DNA from: Eledone cirrhosa
Taxonomy: Eukaryota
Direction of reading: 5' to 3'
Length of the DNA: 64,000 nucleotides
Assembly: GCA_964016885.1 (NCBI GenBank)
Contig: OZ024742.1
Location: 171,678,001 to 171,742,000 of the forward strand
Positions 42,433 through 57,904 of this stretch are shown piece by piece. Each line of letters opens with the position of its first letter. Positions within the stretch are counted from its first letter, which is position 1. Both the position numbers and the translations under genes were made by a program. The notes beneath the pieces were generated by a model. The model was not told the origin of the DNA and did not search any database. It saw only the letters and a program-made list of their open reading frames with translations.

Positions 42433-42548
42433 GAATAATTGTTTCCACTTTTGGCACAAGGCCATCAAACCCCCAGTGGTATTTTATTTTATCGACCCCG
42501 TAAGGATGAAAGGCGCAGTAAACCTCGGCGGGATTTAAACTCAGAATA
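42433..42548 (-). mobile_element. 5'-truncated S1 SINE inserted into a LINE-like 3' tail, 16-bp TSD
   Basis: CACATAATAGAATAAT at about 42424-42439 and 42550-42565; host fragment 42344-42430 carries ggtgccccagcatcgcctcagcc. Confidence 0.85.
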
Positions 42549-42568
42549 GCACATAATAGAATAATAGA

Positions 42569-42645
<77 letters not shown>

Positions 42646-43522
42646 TAATTCAGCGGGAATCGTATTTCGGCTGGTAGAAAAAGAGAAACGAAACGCAAAT
42701 TCTTAGAAATGCTGGCAAATATATATATTTATATTTTTGCTTGTTTATGCGGATGTGTGTGGGTGCGTGTAAATGCACGTGTCTGTGTTCACGTTTGAGT
42801 GTGAGATTGTCTATCTGTTTATCACTTAATCTGGGCGCGTGCCTCCTACTGTAGGATCAGGTTGATCAATACGTTGTGTGTGAAATCTTTTAAAGAGAAA
42901 TTTGGCCTGCTGTTTCTAGCAAGTCAACAGACCATACAGTAGTGCTTGCGTCGTTGGCTCGACAGTAGCTAATATTTCATAGGAGACGTGCCAAGGAAAC
43001 AAAGAATCTGCTGTTACGTAGCTGTGACCTGCGAACGTTCAGAACGTGAATCTCAGTTTCAAACTGCTGGAGGTAAGTCATTAGTGGTAAACATGTGTGG
43101 AAAGAGAAGAGAAACCATGCGAAGAACATAACGTCAGAGGAAGTCCTCTCATCTTATGAGATTCACATGAGGAGTTCTTCACATTGGAAAATTACGTCAG
43201 TCTAGATCAAGCTAGCGAAGTATACATCTATATATCTATAAATGGATATTTACATCTTCTCTCACTCATTCACTTTCTACAGTGAGAGATCAGCTTAGTA
43301 CTCAATACATACGTTGAAGAGTAGATATAAATAAAAGGAATGAACTCAACGGATCTCTCAGCCTTAGAAAACATTCTACATATATAACACACTCGCTATC
43401 TGTCTATTCAAATACGTTTTATATTGGCAATGATGTAGATGAGTATATAATAGCATCTTAGAGATTAATGGTTTAAGTAGGGCTTCTCTGTATTCAACAT
43501 GTCCCACACATGATACTAGGCA

Positions 43523-43586
<64 letters not shown>

Positions 43587-43589
<3 letters not shown>

Positions 43590-43999
43590 AAAGTTTTATT
43601 TAAATTGTTGGGATACAACAAGCAAATATTTTTATAACTGATATAAAGCACTCGACAAATATTTGGAGTAGATATACGATATTAATAAATGGAAACTATA
43701 TTTATAAAACAATATTTATTTCATTATATATATTTCAAGGATACCAAGTTACATTATTGACGTACCCCTTTAAAAATTGACCGTTGTTTTTGGAGGCCAT
43801 CAGGATAGTTATCCTGATGGCCTCCAAAAACAACGGTCAATTTTTAAAGGGGTACATCAATGTCTATTTATAAAACTGTTATATATTTGTATTTTGTCTG
43901 ATGACGGCATACCATAATGTAACTTGGTATCCTTGAAATATATATAATGAAATAAATATGGTTTTATAAATATAGTTTCCATTTATTAATATCGTATAT
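43587..43999. mobile_element. Fold-back insert (20142 family) with hammerhead
   Basis: Arms from 43672 to 43999, centre 43808-43809; CTGATGA 43898-43904, GAAA 43935-43938; the left arm lacks the CTGATGA half. Confidence 0.85.
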
Positions 44000-44010
44000 A
44001 TATATATATA

Positions 44011-44192
44011 TATATTTGAAAAAAGGAAAAGAATGATTCACTTGTAGTTCTAAACAACTTGATTTAATTTTATAATATTATAATATTATAATATTATAAA
44101 ATTAAATCAATTGTTTAGAACTACAAGTGAAGTCATTCTTTTCCTTTTTTCAAATATACCTAACTGCACCAAGGATTTCACACATTTTCCAA
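44011..44192. repeat. Near-perfect AT-rich palindrome with short tail
   Basis: Spans 44011-44158, centred on (TATAATAT)n. Confidence 0.8.
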
Positions 44193-44318
44193 TATATATA
44201 CATATATAGATGTATATATATATGAGAGTGTTGTTTATCTTAAGTGTTACGTAGTAACTTCAAGTCAGTAGTTTATCCCAGGTATGTGATATGGTGTGAC
44301 AGAGTATACGTTTATGAG

Positions 44319-44822
44319 ATAATTGTTTCTACTTTAGGCACGAGGCCAGCAATTACGCAGTGCATTACTGGTACTTTATTTTATCGACCCCGTAAGGATA
44401 AAAGGCAAAGTGAACCTCGGCGGGATTTGAACTCAGACCGTAAAGGTAATGGTAGTTAAGACGGGATTAAATCACCATAATTGTTTATTGCATTATATAT
44501 ATATTTGTTACATGGTTATTCATGTCACTTCGTCAGATTCTTACGCTATTATTGCGATATGCCGGTCGCCTGAGGCCATGCACGTCCAGCCAGTCGTAAA
44601 GTGATGCGGCATATAGACGTGCATGACCACCGGCATATCACAATGATTGTATAACTGCACCAATGATTACGTAAACATCTTGACAAAGTCACATGAATAA
44701 CCATGTAACAGAAATACATATAATGCAATAAACAATTATAGTGATTTAATCCCGTATTAACTACCATTATCAGTAATGTACTGGATAATTGCTGGCCTTG
44801 TGCCAAATTAGAAACAATTATT
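44319..44822. mobile_element. Minus S1 SINE half + MITE-like inverted repeat (44447-44769) + plus S1 SINE 3' end
   Basis: SINE core reverse complement 44319-44445; diverged arms about 44447-44590 / 44615-44769; SINE tail 44771-44822. Confidence 0.75.
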
Positions 44823-44854
44823 TGATACATATATATACACAGAAAGAGAGAGAG

Positions 44855-44944
<90 letters not shown>

Positions 44945-45023
44945 CCGAGAGAAAGAATCTGCGGTGCTGAGACCGAGGGGACAACTAATCGTGAGTACTC
45001 GATACATGGGAAGATGTAGAGTG

Positions 45024-45069
<46 letters not shown>

Positions 45070-45368
45070 TATAGATTAGCGAGAATCGCAATTCGCAATA
45101 TATATCGCAACATATATCGCAATGTATATTTATATATAGTCAATCAAAATAACAAGGCCGATTGGTTACTCCTTCATTACATTCATTGGATGGTGACGCC
45201 CGTTTTGCCACTGATCAGCTGAAGGTTCGATCTGTATCGATCTATCCCGACTCTGTAATCCACGGTTGTTAGACCCCTTATAATGGTAATGGAAACAAAA
45301 CAATACACTCTGTTTCGCTCTACACCTCGACACTGAAGTGAACCTAACTCCAACTTACACTCCCTGGA

Positions 45369-45431
<63 letters not shown>

Positions 45432-45434
<3 letters not shown>

Positions 45435-45610
45435 GGAAGAGAGTTAGGACCCCGAGGGCTGAGCTCCGGCCGTTTAGACAGCTAGATCCGAACTCAGAGT
45501 TCGGATCTAGCTGTCCTGACTCTTTTCCTATTACCCACTCTACTACAATAAGTTTAGAGTACTCTGGTGCGGTATGGTCCACCTGGTTCCTTACCACACT
45601 CTCTTCGTTA
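45432..45610. mobile_element. Short fold-back insert (32201 family)
   Basis: Centre at 45496 (gaactc-a-gagttc); tail ACTC (45537)..GAGTAC (45557). Confidence 0.8.
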
Positions 45611-45649
<39 letters not shown>

Positions 45650-45984
45650 GGTGGCTGCCAACTCGTTTTCGAGTACGGCCACTACTTTATATCCATGTAG
45701 GAGAGCCCCTACCGATGCGTTGAACGAGTGTGACTTTTTAGTCCAGCCAGCGGCTTGAAAACTCTGGTACAAACACCCTACTTGTGACAATTATTGACAG
45801 ATAGTGCTGGGCCCACGGTACCATGTGACGACAAGTGCAGAGAGATCTCCAGATATAAAGCAATGCCTGTGCCGTGAAGCTTTTATAGTGAGCAAAGGCA
45901 CTTCACAAAGCCAGTCCCACTCTCTTAACCAAGATGATATTTACTAAAAAGAAGAACAAGTCAACATCATTGGATACGATCAGG

Positions 45985-46242
45985 GTTGCAGGTGTTATAT
46001 CAGAGTTTTCCTTCTCCTAGAATTCTGCCTTGACAAAGGCTCAGGGGTCATCTCTCCCGGTGATTTTGGATGGCCATTGACTCTTAAGAGCTCCTTTGCC
46101 CTTTGACAGGTTTTGTTTTTAGTCCTGCAGGATGTCCAAAGTCACCCTCCTCACCAAGAAACCTTGGTGGGGTTGCCAGTTTAGTCGCCAACGACCCGAC
46201 CATGGGACAGGTTGTACTGGAATACATGTTACCAGTAGCACC
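45985..46242 (-). mobile_element. Probable RTE-type LINE 5' UTR fragment
   Basis: Minus strand ctaggagaaggaaaactctgat resembles RTE 5' UTRs; several consecutive hairpins upstream. Confidence 0.45.
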
Positions 46243-46490
46243 AACATACATGTATATATGTATGTATGTGTGTGTATCTATATATGGAGAGAGAGAGAAG
46301 AGGTGAGGGGGTTGAGAAGAAAGAAACCACATAATATGACGGATGTATCGTGAAGAGGCCTTTTGCCTTCGTACCAGTAATTGGTGTTGGTATAGTTAAT
46401 TGTAGTCTTTTGGGCTGCGTTTGCTTTAAGTCTTTAATAGCTTAAGTTTACTATGAATCTGTTTGCGTTTAATTATATATATATATAGGG

Positions 46491-46608
<118 letters not shown>

Positions 46609-49600
46609 GAGAAACGGATTGAGAGAGAGATGGAAATAAAAGAGAGGAGAGTTGAAGAGAAAGGTTATTAAGTAAAATTTTAAACCCGAAATACACATTT
46701 AACCAACAATACAGCTTTCACGCAATAGAATAGAACATGGAATTAATGTTTGTGAAACGAACTTTTAAACCATTCGGTATTTTCTGTCCAGGGATTCCCT
46801 ACCAAGATATTTAAATGATAAATAATATTTGTTGTTGTTGTGGTTATCTTTTTGAACGAAGAAAATGTAAGACCTTATCGCACTGGTATATTCCTTAATG
46901 TTGTATTTAAAAAAAAGTCAAAAGAAAATAGCTGGTAATCAGTTTCGACTATGGGAACTGTGTTTCTGTTGTTAATACCCTCTGGTGGTCACATCTGCCA
47001 GAAAGAGCCGATATTTCAACTCAGGAGACAAAGAGTCAGGTATGTTACCCCATAGAAGCATTTACGAATTTAAGAATTCCGCAAATTTGCTCTCCCTTTA
47101 TGCAACGACACTAAAATGATGAAAGATAATGTTGGCCCCAGTAGAATTTGAACTCAAATTACAGTGTACGGGACAGTTACGGAGGCATATAATCCAACGT
47201 ATTATCTACTATCAATTTGCAGCCACTCTTTTTAGACATGTTGTACACAGTTACATCTTCCAAGGCATCAGTTTCTTAAGATGGCAGTATGTAATTTGAA
47301 AGAGATTAGGTTAGCAAGCCAAGCGACTGCTAGTTAACGGCTCCCAGTTTAATTAGAATATTTCAAATCTCGACGTAAAGTCACATTGATTAAATCTGTT
47401 TTGTCCGTCCGTTGATATACCTAGAGAGCAGCCAATTATAAACAGAAACAGGAAAAAAAATCTTTTATGATATAAATAAATAATTTAAGTATATATATAC
47501 AATTTTAAATTAGGTAGATGCTTTTAGATATGTAGAAAGTTTATTTTTCAAACATTGAAATAGGAGGGCATACAACAAAATGGCTGCTACATTATGTATA
47601 GAAATATAAAGTCTCAGACACGTAGAAGACATATATTATGTGATACGTCCTTGACACATATTTAACACTGCTGTTACCTTACTTACTGAACGAATGCCTA
47701 CCTAACTATATAGTAGATAGATAACATCACACCCTGTCGTGAAACAACACACCTGCTTTTCACTCTTGTATACTTATATTATTTTATATCCTTTTATTTA
47801 ATTTTCTTCTCTTTTCTTTCTCTATGATCATTAAGAACGTAGAATTTAGTTCTCTAAACAACAGGCTACGGTGTCACACCCTCGTTTTACGTTCAGTTTT
47901 CTTCACTTCAGACAACTCGACACGACATCACACTCACACTGACGTACACATTTGACTCTTCTCACTCTCCTCACCTAGAGACACATACGTAGATTGACGA
48001 ATAGAGATTGAGAGAAGGAAAGAAAGAAACTCATCAGTATGAAACTTTCACCTCACATCAGCACAAATTATTGCATCACCTGGTGTATGTTGGTAAATAA
48101 ACACATGTGTGTGTGCATATATCATTATATAATGATAACTAGGTGTACATATTTCACAAGATATGTCTCAGTTCGTCATTTGTTCGCACAGAATGCTCAA
48201 AAATGAATTCAAAATTAGGGCTATGACCACGTCTCTCTGAAGCACATAAATAGAATGAATCTGGAATGTACCCATATCAAAATAATATGCTTATATTAAC
48301 CTTACCATCAAAAAATACATATGATGTTTCTGCATATAATTGCTATATCAGCCATTGTAGATAGAGACAGATTTGAGTTATCTCACCTCATACATATTAT
48401 TTAGACACAAAATAAAACGTTGAGTGCATTATGTACAGTGAGCCGTATAACACTATTTTAAGGCCCCAAATTTCAAAGATTTTCTTTCTTATTCTATAAA
48501 TGTTAATTATAATTTGCAGATGCTGTATATTGAATATTACTTTTCAAGAGGGATTGAAAGAAGGCAGACAGAGAGAACAGATAGTAGAATTGTAGAAATA
48601 GCAAAGAAGGCGAGGGCAATAGACATCGAGAAGGTCTGAAACACCGAAGAAATGCCTTTGACAAATAATTACATAATTGATTAATCAAATGATTAATGGA
48701 TTAATTACCTCTTAAATAAAACTGAAATGAAACTCAACCGTGGCGTATGTTTTTAATTGGCAGCATGGCCCTCCCAAAATACAACAATACGATTGAACAT
48801 ATAATTATATTTATGAATTTAGGAGTGTTATATTTCATTGAATCGGGACAAGTATATGCGTTGTACATAAAAAAGATATTTAATATCATAACCTCCTTAA
48901 CGTTTGCGGCGCCGATACGTTTACGCCACATTAAAAAGCTGTTCAAAAGGTTGTACAAGGCCAATTAATACATATCTCTTTGCAAAGATGAGATATGGTC
49001 TGTTAATTTAACTACGTAATTTAACTCGTTGAACTAGTTCAACCTCACTGGAGGGATAAGTAGTAAAGAATTATCTCTACGAATTTCAAACAGGGTAATT
49101 AAATAGAGGTCACAATACACTGGTGATCTATGGATTCTTTATGTTGTAGAGGTAGTAGTGCTATTTGCCAATGAAAATAAATATGGAGGTAAGGCTGATG
49201 GTGTAGCGTAACTGACTAAGTACATTACAATATGTAGTTACTGAGTAGGCAACGTTTTCGGGTTTGGAATCGTATCTATAAAGTCTTGAGACTGTTTACT
49301 GGGCCGGGTGACTTGTTTTGACCTTAATAAAGATATTTATTTTATATCGCTCCAGTTATCTCATATATAAATAATGAATTGCAACATAACTACTTTATCG
49401 GCATTTTCATTTTCCTAGAACAATATCAGTGGTATGCAGAAGGGATACGCTCATGCATGGTGGACATTCGCAAAACACATTTCCCAGGTTTGCGCCTTGA
49501 AGAGGACTTTTCCAAGTGCAACACATTATATATCATGATCAGCGTGGGGGTGGGGTTGTATTAATTATTTAGGCATACTGGCGACTTTAAACCTCATCCA

Positions 49601-50856
49601 TCCGGAGCTAATTAGATTTCAGACAGCTCAAAAAATGATTACACATTATCTGAGAAGCGGTCGATCATATTAAGTATGTCTCTTTATTTTATCGACTTTG
49701 GAGTGATGAAAAGTGCAGAAGGGAACAGCGTGATTGGGAACCAGTAAAGGATCATAATGATTTATAGCAAATAAGGATGGTCACTTCCAGAACGCCTTTG
49801 ATGATAGATTCTACTCGGTCAGGCTGGACGTGAACTAAACAAGAAATAAAATGTAATAAGATATATAGCATGATCCGATTCTAGTACATACCCCAATATT
49901 TTAACGCCTATATTTATATATAGGATCTGTATAGTGAACAACCTATTGTATAAATATATGTTGGAAAATAATAAATTTCTATTATTAGAAACCTAATTTT
50001 CACATGAAAATAATTTTTATTGTTTCGATTTGTATATGTGTGTATGTAATGATCAACAGTAATTGTATAGACCGGTCAACAAACGTTGTCATGCAACTCC
50101 GCAACCATTCTTCATCGAACGTCTCCAAGGTACATAACCTGCGGCGTGTATCGCACAATAGTCCCTGCAGTGAGAGAAAGTGTTACCCGACAGGATACTG
50201 AAATAAATCCTCTGAAGGACCTATTCAAACTCACGGTTCTCGTTCCTGTAAATGGCCATTTCTATCCCGATAGCAACGAGTAGGGCTATGGGCTTGTTGT
50301 TAGGAAAACCCATGACGCCACAAAACTGCAACGTTCTAGACAAAACGATAAATCTGTATTATGCGTGCGAAATTGTTATATTATTGATGTTAATGTTCAA
50401 ATGCCGCCGAGAAGTTTCTGTGTATTCTTTATTGTTCTATGATTGATAATATAGATACCAGTGATGTACTATGGTCAATGTAATCAACAACAACACTCTG
50501 AAATGCAAGAATTTAGCCTATGATAGAAATTAAAGCGAAGTACTTTGGTTGGCGAGAATCCGGCGAAAATATTTCCTGGTATTATATTTAGATTTAGCAA
50601 TCTTTCCAATTCGTTCTTGGATCGATAAAATAAAGTACTATTCAGCTGCTAACTTCTATATAATTATCTTTTATCCTTCATGCCTGCCAAAATCTGGGGC
50701 TTAGTACCTAGATTAATATGAATATATTCCATCCATCATATCTTCACTCGATGTGGCCTCCTCGTAATATATGTATCTTTGGAATTTTGACATGGCTGAA
50801 CTTATCCCTCCCCAAATCCAAACACAACTGATTTCTTCCAGAAAGAAAATAGATTG

Positions 50857-51590
<734 letters not shown>

Positions 51591-52527
51591 AAAAGGGCAT
51601 TTCAGCCGGCGGTCTACCAATTCTGCACTTCCACTACCCTGCAACTATTAATTAATAAATGGGCAGTGTAATGGCCGAGTGTCAGTCAATTGTTGAACTG
51701 TATATCTGGCTTTTTATATTTGAAGTTCAAATCCTGGTGAAGTCAAATTTGCCTTTCACATTTCCAAGGTTGCTAAAATACAGTGTCAATCAAGTACTAG
51801 GGTCGAGTTATTCGACTTTCCTGTTTACCAAATTTACGTAAGTCTTCGGGCGTAATCAAGGAATCATTATTCCATAATAGAAAGTGTAATAGTTTGACAG
51901 AATCTTTAGAACGTCCGACTAAAGTTTTTACAGTAAATCTTTTACTCCATCAACTCCGTTTTATTTTTTGCCTTTCGTTTTGGTCAAAAATCCGTTGCTA
52001 AGACTCCGTATGGATCTCTGGCTCCATCCAACCGTGAAATTGCCTTCCCATCATACATCTGCCATAGTAAGACGTATGTTCTGGTTTCAATACTTTACTG
52101 ACGTACATCTGAGGAGAACTTTAATTCATGCCAAATTAAACAGTTTATAAATACAACTTCCTCGCATGTTCTTCTCCATTCCACTTTTACATCTATACAC
52201 ACACAACCACGCTCCTATATATATTTATATATATATATAAATGAGTGTGTGTGTTTGTATGTGTGTATGTATGTGTGTGTATGTGTATATAGTTTAAGAT
52301 AAATAAGACAAACACAGGGATATAATGATAGTTTTATTAGTTTCACGCTTGTTTAAAAAGCAAAAAGATTAATCCATCAGGAAAGTTCAAACCTCGGAGA
52401 AGGTTGGAAGGTTGTGGATGAAAAGAATGTACATACAAACACACACACATGCACGCTCGCTTACATACATACTTAGATAAATACATATGTATTTTCTGTT
52501 CCTAGTTTTTACACATTCTATAGTGAT

Positions 52528-52815
52528 GGGGTGTAGTTTAGTAGTCAATGTTTATGGCACCAAATTGTCAGGTCTTGAGTTCGATTTCCGGTGGTGCGTT
52601 ATGCTCTAGAGCAAAACACTTTACATTGCAGCAGTTCAGTCAGCTGACAAAAATAAGTTATAAATGTAGTTCGAAAGGGCACTGAATCTTCATGAGAACT
52701 GCGTTAATTGTCCCCTTATAGTGGAATGCTCAGCCACTTATAAATTAATCTCTGGAACAGGTGTTCCAGGGTGTTTCGTTGATCAAGCAATTGGAACACT
52801 TGTCCTCGGGACTCT
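52528..52815 (+). mobile_element. tRNA-derived SINE, diverged
   Basis: tRNA-like head ggggtgtagtttagtag...gagttcgatttcc, then gagcaaaacacttt and a body shared with 1535-1735. Confidence 0.65.
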
Positions 52816-53694
52816 CCAAGGTCCAATACGTATTCTATTTTCTATTCCGTTTGCTGTTTTCTATCATATACTCGTATATTTCCGGTATTCTTTATTTTCA
52901 TTATACAGTTTCTCTCTTATATCCGATTTTTTTACGAATTAATGTGTACACTTAATATCTCAGCGACTATAAAAACAAAACTTTAATTCATAACACTAAA
53001 ATAACTTGTCCATTTGAAACATCAGAATTTTGAGTCTGTTGTCTCAGTAAATAGAGTCATATACGAAGAAACACGATATTAAATGATTGCACAGTTAAAT
53101 TTTCGATAAGAAATTTTTCCAATTCAGAGAGCTTGTACTCGCGGACAGCCATCTTCTTCCCGTAGAGAGATGTTTTGGTATCTGAAGACGCCGGATATTC
53201 CCACCGCAATAGGTATGACAATAAACCTATGGTAGAGGGGTCAGAATTTTGTATAATTGATGATGATTTAGTTTCGATGAGTGGACATTATGTACTTTTA
53301 CTTGCTCCACATATATAACACTTTTTTTTAAGGGTACAAAATCCCAACTGTCGAAATATGTTGTCTGTTGTAACAACCAATCAAAAGCAATTATTGATGC
53401 AAGTTTATTTGAATTCTGGTTATTGAGATTGTTATTGTAGGTGTTAATGATATTTTGTCAATATTCTTTCTTTTACAAAGTCAAAATATGGACATTTTTT
53501 ACATACGTATTTGTGACATGGTACATACACACATATATATGTCTGTGTGTACGTGTGGATATATATATATATATATATATAGGAAGAAGAGGGAGGGAAT
53601 GAGAGATTTATGTAAGATACTCATATACATACATTGTAAATAAATAGCTAGACATGCATACATCGAAACAGACAAGCGTATATAGATAGAGAAG

Positions 53695-53794
<100 letters not shown>

Positions 53795-54120
53795 TAGAGA
53801 GAGACAGAGAATAGTTATACGGCAAGAGAGAATTTGGCTGTAAACCAATTATCAGTGATTTTCAGGCCATCTGTTCTGAACATTATGTCAAAATAGAATT
53901 AACCTACTTTTATAATAGTAAAAATTATTGGAGATAGAAAGAAGACACAAATGAAGAACCAGATGTCTTTGTCGTCGGTATCGTCGTCAACTTAGTAGTA
54001 GTAGTACTTAGAGAAATATGTGGTGGTGATGATATGGGAGAAGGTAGAGGTGGGATATCAAATCGGTGTGTTTTAGTTGAAAAATAAAAATGAACATTTA
54101 ATTCCAGATAGATTTATATA

Positions 54121-54180
<60 letters not shown>

Positions 54181-54228
54181 TGTGTGCGTGCGTGTGTGTG
54201 TATGTGTAATATCGACGATATATATGTT

Positions 54229-54517
54229 TATTTAGTTCATTTAGTTAATTATCGCAATCTACAATCGTTTCAATAGGTACAACCACTCAACTAAATATAA
54301 TTTTGATAAGTGCTTACATAACAATGTTACCCAAAGACCAAATACACCAGGAAAATGTAATAGTTATTCTCATTATTATTATTACAATCTGCCACATGAG
54401 ATAGGGCTTTAGGTCACACTATTATGTCAGCAATTAGAAAAATTACATAATATTGTTGAGTAAAGTGTACCTATTGAAAATATCGTTGTTTGGTATAATT
54501 GATAAGTGAACTAAATA
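54229..54517. repeat. Old diverged fold-back
   Basis: Arms about 54229-54305 / 54440-54517; minus strand GAAACGATTGTA. Confidence 0.55.
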
Positions 54518-54840
54518 TTCAAACCTTATCATATTTATCAAGATGTTACTACGTACATATGCATATACACATTACATTTTGCTGGATTACCCTTTTCTTT
54601 GCACGGAAATAGGTGAGGAACATAGAGTTAATAATTTGTTGAGTTCATAAATAACTAATAGCTATTTCCACCGAACACACACACACAGACATACACACTC
54701 ATATATATATATATAAAAATGAAGTATTTCCGTAGGAAAGGTAAAGGAAAAGAGAGTGCTCTATGTAGGCTACAGAGCTTTTTAGTTATGTAATAAACCA
54801 CAGGTAAATGAAATAATTATCTTATGTTGTTTATTATATA

Positions 54841-54880
<40 letters not shown>

Positions 54881-54897
54881 TATATATATATATATAG

Positions 54898-54944
<47 letters not shown>

Positions 54945-55637
54945 AAGCATTTCATTTAGCACAGCAAGGATCGGACGAAATCTATTATATACCTAAGGTT
55001 GTATAAGGCAGCTGGATGTATAATAATTAAAATATCGGCAGAGGTACAACGAAATTTCAACAATGAAATGTTTCTGCGAATTGGCAGTGTTGTGAAAATG
55101 GCAGATGGAATATTTTGCATTCTTCTCCCTCCCTGTATCCTGTTTTCGAAAACGTGGCGTCGTTAATATTTCCTTTCATGTTTTGAGTTCGATAAATAAA
55201 GTACCAGATTTATATATGCTGTTCGCATTCCCCCCCCCCCCCCTAATATTTTCTGTCTGTCAGGAAGAAATCGATTATATTCAGACCCCTGGAGAGATCG
55301 GATCTCTGCCAGATCTAAAAGCGTCAGAGGCCATAACATTTTAAACAATACAGAGTTCTTCCCTAAACATTTATCATTCACCCCCATATCTCCAAATAGT
55401 TTCAAATGCAAGTGGTATCTTGAACATTTTAAAATTAGCGGCGCCGATCCTGTGAATGACTCAGTTCTTCCAATATTTTTACAAAACATCTTGTAAATAT
55501 AGCCTGTTTATTCTAAACCTAGCCAGTTCTAATTGTATTTTGAGCATTTAGCGATCTTAGAGTGCAAAATATATATTTCTGGTTTGCTATAATACGCCAA
55601 AAATGCACCAACTAAAACAGCAAACACAAACACACGC

Positions 55638-55707
<70 letters not shown>

Positions 55708-55795
55708 AGGAAATGCTTATTTTTTATCGAAAATACAGGAAGAGTTAAGCAGATAATCAGTGTTACTGAATAAGTAGAATCTTTGAGAAGGTACT

Positions 55796-55903
55796 AATAA
55801 TTGTTTCTACTTGTGGCACAAGGCCAGCAATTATCGCAGTGTATTACTGGTAGTTTATCTTATCGACCCCGTAAGGATGAAAATAAAGTTAACCTCGGTG
55901 GGA
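55796..55903 (-). mobile_element. 5'-truncated S1 SINE adjoining an older SINE tail
   Basis: Reverse complement of core and tail; followed by ataatgtttctacatctggcac. Confidence 0.8.
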
Positions 55904-56672
55904 TATAATGTTTCTACATCTGGCACACGAACGGTAAACTCTGACAAAAGTGCTCTAAACATTACATTTAGAATTTAACAGAAAGGGGGAGAAATTCGGG
56001 CGTCAAATAATCAACATTTACTAACTTGCCTTTTCTGTTAACATTCTTATATATCTATCGCTACACCACTACCTAACTACCACCCGTTCTATCTATCTCA
56101 TACACACACACATGTATATATGTATATATATGTATATATATATATATTTATATATACATATATATGTATGAATGAAAGTTACAAGCCGTTAATACATATC
56201 TTTATATAGCTCTTACAGGTATTTAGCCCATGGGGGGGGGGGGGGGGGGCTTATCGGAGTCAGATATTAATATAGCAAAGTCCTTAATTACAAACCCTGA
56301 GAGTGTATAATAATATCACATCACCATGCATAGATTTTAGATGTTATAAGTATAATTCGCTAAAGGAGGTAATTACCGGCGCTCGTAGAAAGTATACTGC
56401 ATAACTTATGACCAGTACCAGCTATAGAAATTTCTTTTTTATATAAAAGGAATTAACATATGCAGTGTTTAACGACTTTACCAACAGTCTATCATATTCA
56501 CACCTAAACATGGCATTCCAGCTCTGCTTAATCTTTACACCAAATATTAACTTTCTCTAATATTTAACCCTGATAACCCAAGCATGAGCACATTACGCTT
56601 TTGGCATGTAATATTCTGTATCGCACCTCTTTATATCTCTTATTTCTATCCTCTTTTATGATACTGTAACCT

Positions 56673-57118
56673 ATTATTATTATTATTGTTCTTTGAGTCT
56701 CAGTCATTGATGTTATTTAACTGAAAAGTTTGTTGAAATGAATATCAAGCCACTACCTGCAGCCCCAGATATTCAGGACGTATCGGAGGGTTCTTGCTGT
56801 TCCCAACAAGCATGCCTTTTGAAGTGTTCCAAAAAGCGGGGCGGGACCAACTTTCTTTTACCATCCTTGGAAACTCTTTGTGATCAATGGGCAGGCTACA
56901 TCCACAATCAGGCACGATCTTGTTCCCTTGTCCAAAACCACCAGGTCAGGTCTATTGTGTTCCAGTTTCTTGTCCGTCTGTATCCCAAAATCCCACAGCA
57001 CCTTCATCTGATCGTTTTCCACCACATACTCTGGCTTATACTCATACCACTTCTCAGAATGTGGTAAATTGTTTACTTTGCATAGGTGCCAGTGGATCAC
57101 CCTCCCCATCACATCAGG
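56673..57118 (-). mobile_element. R4/Dong-type RLE LINE 3' fragment with (TAA)n tail
   Basis: IHWHLC, KVLWDFGIQTDKKLEHNRPDL, IVDVACP; tail at 56673-56687. Confidence 0.85.
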
Positions 57119-57131
57119 TCTCCAGCCTTTA

Positions 57132-57895
57132 TATTATTATTATTATTGCAGTTGCATTTATCTTGCTTTATGTTCATACGAGTTATCACCAAGTCACAAC
57201 CAGTGACGTCAAGAGACAACAAGGTCCGCCATGTTCAAGAAAGAACATACATACTCACACATGCATCTTTAGTGTTTAGACTTGTGATGTACTTATATTG
57301 ACAGAATCTTCCTTAGTATATAGGCAGTCCCCATTAGTACTATCTTTTGTATTTCTCCTATACGCGGGTTTCCTGGGATTTGCGATAAGTAATCATTAGA
57401 CCCCTTAGGTATCATTCCTAGAGCGCCTACAACCACTGGTATTGTTTTAGTTCTCAATTTCCACATTTTTTCAATTTCTATCTCCAGGTCCTTATACTTG
57501 CTCAATTTTTCAAATGTTTTTATAGATACATTCTTGTCTATTGGAACGGACATATCAATTAGCAGGCATACCCTCTTTTTAAAGTCCTTCAGTATTATAT
57601 CAGGTTTATTTGCATCTATTTTTCGGTTTGTTTGGATGCTAAAGTTCAACAAGATTGAGATGTGATCTTTTTCAAGTATGGGAGGTGGTTGATGCTCCCA
57701 CCAATTCTTTTGATGGGGCAGGTCAAAATGCTTACACATTATCCAATGTATGTATTGTGCAGCTCTATCATGCCTGTTTAGGTATTCGCTTGGAGCTATA
57801 GGACTGCACATTAAAATTATATGGTCAATGGTCTCTGGGTTTTTTTTACATACACGGCATAATGGGTTGCATCCATTTTTTATTACGTTGCCTTG
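57132..57895 (-). mobile_element. R4/Dong-type RLE LINE 3' fragment, different subfamily
   Basis: CRVC...ETIDHIILMC, RHD, NKPDI, IDMSVP, EKLSKYKDL, QKIVLMGTAYILRKIL; (TAA)n at 57132-57147. Confidence 0.88.
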
Positions 57896-57904
57896 GTAAT
57901 TTTT

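Noticed and set aside
50230-50330. Possible minus-strand host exon (ttgcag...gtgagt, FCGVMGFPNNKPIALL..)
   Set aside because: Splice-like signals and one open frame, but no recognisable homology or partner exons.
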